A stretch of DNA of 27,280 nt from Breznakia sp. PF5-3 (GTDB lineage: Bacteria > Bacillota_I > Bacilli_A > Erysipelotrichales > Erysipelotrichaceae). Made by a program: the position numbers and the translations under genes. The DNA lies in assembly GCF_029504745.1 (NCBI RefSeq), contig NZ_JAQFIQ010000031.1:1-27280 (forward strand), written 5' to 3'. This document shows positions 1 to 7,285 of the stretch, piece by piece; within the stretch, counting starts at the first letter, position 1; the number at the start of each line of letters is the position of its first letter. The notes beneath the pieces are model-generated. The model saw nothing but the letters and a program-made list of their open reading frames with translations. It had not been told where the DNA came from and searched no databases.

Positions 1-102
1 AGGTGAAGTTTTTATAGAGGTTTCACCTCTAAATCAAGACAATCACCTATTTATATGCCTATATCATTCTTTATTTGACATATTATAGTTTGTCTCTTTC
101 TT

Positions 103-125
103 AATGTGCCAGTCATTGGCACATT
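103..125. repeat. Palindrome family copy 1 (AATGTGCCAGTCATTGGCACATT)
   Basis: 11-bp arms around one central base, with one transition in the right arm (ATTGG instead of ACTGG). Intergenic. Confidence 0.8.
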
Positions 126-358
126 CTCTATTTTTATTATTTTATTTGCTATTAATAGTACTTGTATTACGCAAAATTGATTAAAATAGTCCGTTTCTTT
201 ATTGTATTCATTTAACTATTTAATGCATCATATGGATAAGATGACATTGTACTCGTATTGGTAAGGATTTTATTTAGTGTATAAGGACACTAGTTTAATC
301 GTTTTTAAACCAGACTGTTTTTCATATCCTCTTTATTTATCGTGATTTTAATCTTTTT

Positions 359-416
359 ATTGTGGTTTCAACTGTGGTGTATATGCTACAATGTTCCCCA
401 CAATTAAAACCACAAT
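359..416. repeat. Imperfect 19-bp inverted repeat (candidate oriT or origin hairpin)
   Basis: ATTGTGGTTTCAACTGTGG (359-377) against CCACAATTAAAACCACAAT (398-416). 17 of 19 positions are complementary, with a 20-nt spacer. It lies in the non-coding region downstream of the coupling-protein operon. Confidence 0.5.
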
Positions 417-490
417 GTTTTCTAATAAAAAAAGGATATTTTTCCCCTCACAAATGTATATTTTTCATATTCCATTTCGCCAAATAATCA

Positions 491-513
491 TTTGTACCAG
501 TGACTGGCACATT
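491..513. repeat. Palindrome family copy 2 (TTTGTACCAGTGACTGGCACATT)
   Basis: Same motif, with one transition in the left arm core (TGTACC instead of TGTGCC). Intergenic, 38 bp beyond the stop of the 153-aa ORF. Confidence 0.75.
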
Positions 514-550
514 TTATCATTCAGTATCTACCAATATGTTACACTGTTTT

Positions 551-1012
551 TCATATGAGCACTGGCAATACAATTGGTAGTATTGCCAATACTGTAATCA
601 ACACATAAAAAAAGCCAATGATTGCATTGACTTCATAATAGATACTTTTAGTATATTGATTTCTTTTCTGATTATCTTTTGTATCTGGTATTAAATAACG
701 ATGTAGTAACACCAAAAATGCTATTATTACCATTCCCACCACGATTGTAGGACTTGTCACCTCACTTGCATAGTGAATTACTTCACTAATTACTTCTTTT
801 ACTTTGACTAAATAATCACTATGGCTTATTCTGATCATAAGTAGCAAATAGAACCATAATCCCATAATTGCAAATAATAATAGCACTGGCTTTCTTATTT
901 TTGTTGGCAGCAGCTTAAACATGATCTTTTTTAATCGGTATTTAATCTTATTGACATTCCCTGTATTACATATTCTTTTCATTTTATAAGCAATTTTTTT
1001 TAATCCTCCCAT
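551..1012 (-). CDS. Small integral membrane protein, unknown family
   Basis: The ATG at 1010-1012 overlaps the coupling-protein stop by 13 nt. Three hydrophobic helices are visible (PVLLLFAIMGLWFYLLLMI, TIVVGMVIIAFLVLL, IIGFFYVLITVLAILPIVLPVLI). The start is uncertain. Confidence 0.55.
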   Translation of the reverse strand: MGGLKKIAYKMKRICNTGNVNKIKYRLKKIMFKLLPTKIRKPVLLLFAIMGLWFYLLLMIRISHSDYLVKVKEVISEVIHYASEVTSPTIVVGMVIIAFLVLLHRYLIPDTKDNQKRNQYTKSIYYEVNAIIGFFYVLITVLAILPIVLPVLI

Positions 1013-3210
1013 ATTATTTTATCTCCTTCTTCTACAGATAACATACTATCTCCTTCACTAAGCAATTCTTTTTCATACTCATCCTTCTCCTTTTTCGCAA
1101 AATAATTTTTAAACACAATTTTTTCCGCTTCTTCTTTACTTAAACAATCTCTTGCCATCAACTCTCTTGCAAATGCTCGATTCTTCTCCTTATTTTTTTC
1201 CATTGCTGGAGGATCTTTATAATTTACAAGGATTCCGTCTGTATAGCGATATGGTGCTGAGGCTTCAATTAACACGGTCTTTATTTTCCCATGATCTTCT
1301 GCAGTTAAATAGCCTATTCGATCTTTTAAGATTTCCATATCATTTGGAGTAACTTTCCCACCAGGAATCATTTTTACCAAATTATTTGCTGCCTCTGGTG
1401 TATGTCTTAACGATATAAATGTATTAATATTCCCAAATAGATCTTTTCTATAATCATTATCAAATTGCTCTACAAATTGTGTCATTGGAACTATTGCCAG
1501 CCCTTGTTCTCTCCCTTTTGCTCCTATCTTGTGAAAAATTGGAAGCTGCACATCATGTGCCTCATCAACAAACAGTAGATGTAAAAGTGCCATTGAAGGA
1601 CGTTTTAAGCAAGTTAAATAATATTGTAAGCTCAAATATCCACATATAACATTGATTTCAAATTTACTCATTCCTGCTAGATTAAATAGAATAATATATC
1701 CAGCATCCATCCACTTTCTAATATCCTTAATACTGTCATATTTACTCGTAAGTCCAAACATCAACTTCTTTTGCTCTGTATTATTAAACATACTTATTCT
1801 ATTCAATACAGGATCCACTTTATCATTAGACATCTTTGTGTTTTTTAAAAACTTCACTATATCTTGGGCATACATATCTTTCTTTAATCTATTTGCCAAA
1901 TCAATCCGATACGTATCATTACTAGAGTCAAAAACCTTAGCTAAATCACCTATTGTATGCTCTTCTTTTGGATCCATCATCAACGCTTGCATTGCATCAC
2001 CCATCGTGCGATCAACTTGAGGTGTTTTCATATCTCCATATAAAGATTTAAAAAAATCCAAAATCATACTAGGTTCAGAATGACTATTTAATAACGATAT
2101 TGGAAAAACGTAATCCTTACATGAAAAGTCAACCACTCTAACTTTATCTAATACAGAAGTAATATCATACCCATCACTTTGATACTTCAACAGAATATCA
2201 ATAACACCCAACACTGCTCCCTCTTTTGGATCAAACAAAGTAAATCCTGGAACATTCTTTTCGCCTTTCAATTTGCGTAGTAGAATTCCTCTAGCAACTT
2301 CTTCAAATACTGAGGTCTTACCACTACCTGTTGTTCCACCTATAAAAACATGCTTCCTTGCCGTTGTTTCATCTAAATAAACTGCACGATTATCTTGTAC
2401 GGGATGACAAAGTTTCCCTACATAAAATCCTTGATCAAACTCATCTATGTCAAGAGTTACTTGCCCTTGATATAAATGATAGATTCGTTTCAACTCTTCT
2501 GTACTTTTACCCTTTAACGTTGGTATTTGTAATATATTCATCACCTCGAGTCCACTAGAAACACTTTCTCGATAGCTATCTTTATAGTCAATATAATATT
2601 GCTTTTCAAAAGCTGTCAAAGAAGCTATTTTAGCTGAAATATCACGTATTTTTGTATTATGAAATTTAGTTTTCCCTTGCACTTTCAATATATATTCAAG
2701 CTCCACATCACTTCCCTGCCTCATAAATGATTGCTTTTTATTCGGTTTACTTCCTCTTTTTACTTTAAAATCTAGCCAAATTCGTGTATCTGCACTTAAT
2801 GTTTGTATAATCGTCATAAAGATAGATTCATTAAAAAACAAAGTCAATTGCTGCTCCGACTTTTTCTCATTTATGTTAGATGAATAAGGTAAGTATAAAG
2901 TACTTGTACGAGCATACACAGGAAAATTCGCATAAATAGGCAACGCAGATGCTTCGCCTCCTAAAAGTGTCTCTATCGCGCTTAAAAACGATTGTGAATT
3001 GTTCTCATCACTATCACATTTTAAATATAATGACAATATACCTTTGTGATTACAATCAATCACAAAGGTATATGGATAATCTTCTAATAGTCTTTTAAAA
3101 AAACCTTTTCTTTTTCCTGTAGGTGCTGACAATGATTTTAAGAAATTTTGCATCTTTTCTGCTTGAAAAGAATAGTCTTTTCTTGGGATAATTTGATAAA
3201 TCAAAATCAT
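1000..3210 (-). CDS. Type IV coupling protein-like ATPase (VirD4/TraG/TcpA-type)
   Basis: Walker A FIGGTTGSGKTS and Walker B-like LLFVDEAHD are followed by GREQGLAIVPMTQ. The track ORF start (3258) lies inside the palindrome. The ATG at 3210 (or TTG at 3204) follows AAAGGAGGA. I see no N-terminal TM segment. Confidence 0.7.
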   Translation of the reverse strand: MILIYQIIPRKDYSFQAEKMQNFLKSLSAPTGKRKGFFKRLLEDYPYTFVIDCNHKGILSLYLKCDSDENNSQSFLSAIETLLGGEASALPIYANFPVYARTSTLYLPYSSNINEKKSEQQLTLFFNESIFMTIIQTLSADTRIWLDFKVKRGSKPNKKQSFMRQGSDVELEYILKVQGKTKFHNTKIRDISAKIASLTAFEKQYYIDYKDSYRESVSSGLEVMNILQIPTLKGKSTEELKRIYHLYQGQVTLDIDEFDQGFYVGKLCHPVQDNRAVYLDETTARKHVFIGGTTGSGKTSVFEEVARGILLRKLKGEKNVPGFTLFDPKEGAVLGVIDILLKYQSDGYDITSVLDKVRVVDFSCKDYVFPISLLNSHSEPSMILDFFKSLYGDMKTPQVDRTMGDAMQALMMDPKEEHTIGDLAKVFDSSNDTYRIDLANRLKKDMYAQDIVKFLKNTKMSNDKVDPVLNRISMFNNTEQKKLMFGLTSKYDSIKDIRKWMDAGYIILFNLAGMSKFEINVICGYLSLQYYLTCLKRPSMALLHLLFVDEAHDVQLPIFHKIGAKGREQGLAIVPMTQFVEQFDNDYRKDLFGNINTFISLRHTPEAANNLVKMIPGGKVTPNDMEILKDRIGYLTAEDHGKIKTVLIEASAPYRYTDGILVNYKDPPAMEKNKEKNRAFARELMARDCLSKEEAEKIVFKNYFAKKEKDEYEKELLSEGDSMLSVEEGDKIIWED

Positions 3211-3238
3211 TCCTCCTTTCACTTGGTAGCCAAAGAAA

Positions 3239-3261
3239 AATATGCCAGTCACTGGCACATT
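3239..3261. repeat. Palindrome family copy 3 (AATATGCCAGTCACTGGCACATT)
   Basis: One transition in the left arm. The centre (3250) is 40 bp upstream of the coupling-protein ATG. On the minus strand the hairpin is followed by TTTTTCTTT. Confidence 0.8.
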
Positions 3262-3279
3262 CTATTTAAACTCTTTTTA

Positions 3280-3288
3280 TGATATACT
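3280..3288 (+). promoter_or_regulatory. Candidate extended -10 promoter (TGATATACT)
   Basis: TG-N-TATACT inside CTTTTTATGATATACT, about 75 bp upstream of the plus-strand 23-aa ORF. A near-identical string occurs on the minus strand at 25369-25381. Confidence 0.35.
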
Positions 3289-3361
3289 TTTTTTGAAGAT
3301 AGTAATTATCCTTAAAATACCAACTACTCTCTTATGGCTATAAAAGTAGGAGGTGTTGCTT

Positions 3362-3433
3362 ATGAGTAATCTCATATTAATACTTCTCATTCTTCGTGAA
3401 TGTAAAGAAATATTAGTGATTATAAAAAAGTGA
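3362..3433 (+). CDS. 23-aa hydrophobic/amphipathic peptide (MSNLILILLILRECKEILVIIKK); candidate type I toxin or signalling/leader peptide
   Basis: AGGAGG at 3348-3353 sits exactly 8 nt before the ATG at 3362. The TGA stop runs into a 10-bp-stem hairpin. The ORF is below the track length cut-off and is the only plus-strand element in this part of the window. Confidence 0.35.
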   Translation: MSNLILILLILRECKEILVIIKK

Positions 3434-3472
3434 CTACCCTACTTTCTAATTTGACCGTTAGATAGGGTAGTC
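3424..3472 (-). terminator. Hairpin GACTACCCTA / TAGGGTAGTC with a minus-strand T-run
   Basis: 10-bp perfect stem (3432-3441 and 3463-3472) with a 21-nt loop. On the minus strand it is followed by ACTTTTTTAT. It lies between the membrane-protein genes and the coupling-protein gene. Confidence 0.35.
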
Positions 3473-3615
3473 TTTAAGTAAGGATAGCATTGCTATCTTC
3501 ACCATTATTATACATCATTTGCTTAAAATTTCAACTGCACAATTTGGGCAGTTTTTTATGTTAATCAGTTCTCATTCTGACTTTTTTATTATTGACACAA
3601 CTTTACCAACATATG

Positions 3616-4047
3616 TTAATTCGTGGATGCTATATACACGCTTAACAAAGTTCCTACAACAATGATTGATCGTAAAATAGGATTATTGATAAAAATCACA
3701 ATGAGTATCAATAAAATGATATTCATAATTATAATCAGAATCAGTAATATAATGTCACCATCTTCAATATCATAATACGTACGAATTTTTTGTATACATT
3801 TATATATAATAAAAACACCAATTCCTGCCAATGCAAAAGCAAGAACGAAAAATTGCAAAGCTTGACCGTTATTATAGGCAAGCACTTCAAAATGAGATTC
3901 TAGTGTTAATAATATTTTATTAAGTTTAGATAATGAATATAAGAATACTGATATTGTACCCCCGTATAACAATTCAAGAATAACTATTATTTTATTCTTC
4001 TTCAATACCGCCACTGCTCTTTCCGTTATCGTTCCATCTTGATTCAT
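3616..4047 (-). CDS. Integral membrane protein, unknown family
   Basis: GGGGGA sits 6 nt before the ATG at 4047. About four hydrophobic segments are visible. Confidence 0.6.
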   Translation of the reverse strand: MNQDGTITERAVAVLKKNKIIVILELLYGGTISVFLYSLSKLNKILLTLESHFEVLAYNNGQALQFFVLAFALAGIGVFIIYKCIQKIRTYYDIEDGDIILLILIIIMNIILLILIVIFINNPILRSIIVVGTLLSVYIASTN

Positions 4048-4495
4048 ATTCTATCCCCCTTTTTAGCCTATTTCTTACTTCAGTGTATATGATAAGCTCT
4101 CTGTTTAATTTATATAGATTATTTATAACCGAAATAACAATAAATATCAATGTTATCATTATGATAATTATCAAAATAGCTGCATATAGCATGTATATTT
4201 TATACTCTTTACCACTGATTTCATTTTGCATGTTTAATTTCATCGCTGTAATAAAAATTTTAGAAGCTGTATTCCAGACTCCAAAACCAATTGATACTAG
4301 GAAGCCTAGTATGAGTGAAAATGCAATATTCTTTTTTGAATCATATTTTGTTTTAGTTAAGACAAATCGAAATTCTTGTTCTTCTGCTGACAAGGAAAAA
4401 AACTCATCACGTATTTTCTTATATTGTTTAAATTGCTTCTTCTCTCTCTCGTATATTGTTAAAGACAAAAGTATATTTTTTATTTTTTTCCTCAT
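3992..4495 (-). CDS. Membrane protein, unknown family
   Basis: GGAGG sits 5 nt before the ATG at 4495. There are two central hydrophobic helices and a charged N-terminus. The 3' end overlaps the next gene by 56 nt. Confidence 0.55.
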   Translation of the reverse strand: MRKKIKNILLSLTIYEREKKQFKQYKKIRDEFFSLSAEEQEFRFVLTKTKYDSKKNIAFSLILGFLVSIGFGVWNTASKIFITAMKLNMQNEISGKEYKIYMLYAAILIIIIMITLIFIVISVINNLYKLNRELIIYTEVRNRLKRGIEYESRWNDNGKSSGGIEEE

Positions 4496-4578
4496 GCTAA
4501 CCTCCTTATGTTTTCACTAATATAGCATATCAAATATTTTACTTTAAATATAGCTTCATTTTATAATCTCTTATACCT

Positions 4579-5160
4579 CTATTTAAACCATTTTTCAGGA
4601 TCGATTAGGTTTATTGTTGATCCTGCATAAATACCTCCATGATGTACTTCTAAATGAAGATGAGTTCCAGTGCTATTTCCTGAATGTCCTTGTGTTCCTA
4701 CTATATCTCCTTTTTTTACTCTTTGTCCTGTTTTTACCTTCACCTTTTCCAAGTGTGCATATTGTACATACATCTCTTTACTGTCATACGTAAACTTTAA
4801 GACTACATAGTTACCTCCACCTGCTACTTCATCAAATGGACAGTAATTACCCAAATATCCTCCATTAGGTGGACATGTTTGAGAGGCTTTATAAACAACT
4901 GCATCACTTAACGCTAATACAGACTCTCCGTAGTTTCCATTATAGTCTACTCCGGAATGACCGTCTTGAATACCACGAAATATAGGTACATTTTCCCTTC
5001 CATACACAAAAGCAAAGTCTCCCTTCACAATGACTGTTTCTGTCGCATTTACATTATTGGGATTGCTTCCACCCTTTCCGAGTGCCAATGGAAATACTAA
5101 CATTACAAACAATCCAAAAAAAAGAGGAAATGCAATCATCGTCTTAACAATCCTCTTCAT
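4579..5160 (-). CDS. M23 family metallopeptidase (cell-wall hydrolase of the transfer apparatus)
   Basis: HxxxD motif (GHSGVDY) and HxH motif (GTHLHLEVH). The signal-like N-terminus MKRIVKTMIAFPLFFGLFVMLVF starts at the ATG at 5160, behind GGAG. The track start at 5178 is also possible. Confidence 0.85.
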   Translation of the reverse strand: MKRIVKTMIAFPLFFGLFVMLVFPLALGKGGSNPNNVNATETVIVKGDFAFVYGRENVPIFRGIQDGHSGVDYNGNYGESVLALSDAVVYKASQTCPPNGGYLGNYCPFDEVAGGGNYVVLKFTYDSKEMYVQYAHLEKVKVKTGQRVKKGDIVGTQGHSGNSTGTHLHLEVHHGGIYAGSTINLIDPEKWFK

Positions 5161-7285
5161 TATCTTCTCCATCATCAATTTCTGGTGTTATCATTTTCTC
5201 TTCATCATCCTTTATTAAATCATTCATAAACTGATCAATATCACTTTTAAACGTTTGATCCTGTTTACTAGATTGTGATTTGCTTTCTTTATTGGTTAAA
5301 TCCGAATCGCTTTCACCATAAGTTAATTTATCTTGATCCTTTTCTCCCAAACCTAAATCATCCATATCTGAGGACACATAATCATTTCCTTTTACATGAG
5401 CTTCATCCTGTTCCGCTAGATCTTCTTCAGTACATTTCAATTTACTATCTGCACTCTCTTCCATTTCTTTAATTGCTTCATCTGGATTACCATCTTCCTC
5501 CACTTCCTCTTCTTCTGTAGAAGTACTATTGTTATCAGGATCGTCTCCTTCTAATATTTCTTCATCGATATCTTCACTTTCTGCTAACTCTTTATCATCT
5601 TTTATATCATTAAGCGATGATTTCTTTTTTCCATTTGGATATTCATCAGTATCTTCTCCACCATCTTCTAATGCTTCCTGGTGTTTTCTTTCTGATCGGT
5701 GATCGTAAATATCTTTTGGTGTTATATCACCAGTAATAATCCCTTTCGCAATATTAAATGCACCTTCGCCATCCAAATCAATATCGGCTGTTATTTTTTG
5801 CCATATCTGCTCTTTATTTTTATATACATAAATGAACAGTAAAACTAAGATTGCATCAAACGGCAAAATCATAAGTAACCCGTATCCTGTCACTCTAGCA
5901 ACTAGTTGCTGTGTGAAAAATAGCATCAGACTAAAAACGATGTTGGATAAGATAAACAATACTGTCCATTGAATCCTAGATGAAAACCACTTTGTGGCTG
6001 CACCTTTATTATCTCTTAATAAAATTAATACAAAAGCGTATGTAGTTACTGCCAAAAGTAGTTCTTTTATAAAACCAATTGCAAATAAAAATAAGGATCC
6101 TGATCCAAACACAACTCCTAATAAAAAACGATGTATGAAAAAAACAATTGATAGTCCCATTACATTCATACATTGGTTTGCATTATATGAAATATCTTCA
6201 TTCCCGTAATCTTGGCGCTCAATCTGTGCGTTATCTTTACTTGGCTCATTCAACAATGTGTTTACTCGCTCAGCTGCAGATACTGGTATCTTCTTTCCTG
6301 CATCTCCTTCCTCCCAAGCACCACTGTTTCTATTGCTGATGTCTTTTACATCTGTAACACCAAAATGACGCAAGATAAACCCTTGCTTTTGTAAGGAGTC
6401 AAATATCATCCTTTTATTTTGCATTTCAAAGGTTGTACCATCACTGTTATCTCCAAAACTAAATGTTTGTACAATAGAATCACTAATTAATTCTTCACTG
6501 TATGTAATGAGCGGCCTTCCATAACGTGCTACAAAGATCACCAATGCACATGATAATACAACTTCAAAAATAGTACTCAAGAATGTTCTAAACGTAAAAG
6601 CATTCTTTTTCGCTTTCATTAACTTTCTTGCAACCCCTATACAACCAAATAACACTACAATTTTCATAAACCAAGAATTTGGATTATCCCAATCAAAAAT
6701 CACACTATCAATAACATCAAATATATTTCTCATTATTGCCGACCAAAAAGAAGATGATGCTACATTATATAAGATAAGAACTGCTAGTGATATAAAGGAT
6801 CCTAACTTTTCAATGATCGTAGTTATTGTATTCACAATATGCATGATAATAGTTGGCGGATCTGCTAACCATAAATCATAGGAAACAGCAGTAGCACTTG
6901 AATTAGAAAAGTTCTTGATATAATCTTCTTTCATTTCTAGTTCTTGTGTCTTTCCATCTAACGACATGATTGCTTTACTATAAAAGTCTGCTGTCTTGGT
7001 TGAGGCTTTACGGTCTTTTAGACATTGATTGCGATCTTTTTCACTTGTATATGCTTCACAACCATTGCTAGCATTTCCAACACCCTCACCATGATCATCA
7101 TTTGCGTTCTCCTTGCCTGCATCTTTTTCTTTATTATCTTCCTTTTTAGCTTCCTCTTTTTCGCTTGCTACATTGGATATTTCCTGTGCATGTGCAACAT
7201 CACCTATGAATCCTATAAAAAAAGCACTGAACGCTATCAAAAGTCCAATCAGACACTTCTTCTGTTTACGTCCTATTCGTCCCAT
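5144..7285 (-). CDS. Polytopic membrane protein, VirB6/TcpH-like, with an acidic C-terminal tail
   Basis: GGAGGAGG sits 7 nt before the ATG at 7285. It has a signal-like N-terminus and many TM helices in the centre. Roughly the last 190 aa are very D/E-rich. It sits directly after VirB4, as in Tn916 and pCW3. Confidence 0.55.
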   Translation of the reverse strand: MGRIGRKQKKCLIGLLIAFSAFFIGFIGDVAHAQEISNVASEKEEAKKEDNKEKDAGKENANDDHGEGVGNASNGCEAYTSEKDRNQCLKDRKASTKTADFYSKAIMSLDGKTQELEMKEDYIKNFSNSSATAVSYDLWLADPPTIIMHIVNTITTIIEKLGSFISLAVLILYNVASSSFWSAIMRNIFDVIDSVIFDWDNPNSWFMKIVVLFGCIGVARKLMKAKKNAFTFRTFLSTIFEVVLSCALVIFVARYGRPLITYSEELISDSIVQTFSFGDNSDGTTFEMQNKRMIFDSLQKQGFILRHFGVTDVKDISNRNSGAWEEGDAGKKIPVSAAERVNTLLNEPSKDNAQIERQDYGNEDISYNANQCMNVMGLSIVFFIHRFLLGVVFGSGSLFLFAIGFIKELLLAVTTYAFVLILLRDNKGAATKWFSSRIQWTVLFILSNIVFSLMLFFTQQLVARVTGYGLLMILPFDAILVLLFIYVYKNKEQIWQKITADIDLDGEGAFNIAKGIITGDITPKDIYDHRSERKHQEALEDGGEDTDEYPNGKKKSSLNDIKDDKELAESEDIDEEILEGDDPDNNSTSTEEEEVEEDGNPDEAIKEMEESADSKLKCTEEDLAEQDEAHVKGNDYVSSDMDDLGLGEKDQDKLTYGESDSDLTNKESKSQSSKQDQTFKSDIDQFMNDLIKDDEEKMITPEIDDGEDNEEDC

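Noticed and set aside
563-588. A 9-bp perfect inverted repeat, TGGCAATAC...GTATTGCCA.
   Set aside because: It lies inside the coding sequence of the 153-aa membrane protein and encodes a repetitive hydrophobic helix. It is only loosely similar to the palindrome family.
3362-3433. The 23-aa peptide as an enterococcal-type pheromone or inhibitor precursor.
   Set aside because: This is not adopted as the main call. The peptide has no basic N-terminal signal-peptide region, ends in KK, and no PrgX/TraA or other RRNPP receptor gene is seen in the window. It is kept only as an alternative within the finding.
3992-4047. The 56-nt overlap between two membrane-protein genes might reflect a frameshifted single gene or a pseudogene.
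   Set aside because: The downstream gene has its own good SD (GGGGGA) and ATG. The upstream frame ends in a plausible hydrophilic tail. There is no slippery sequence.
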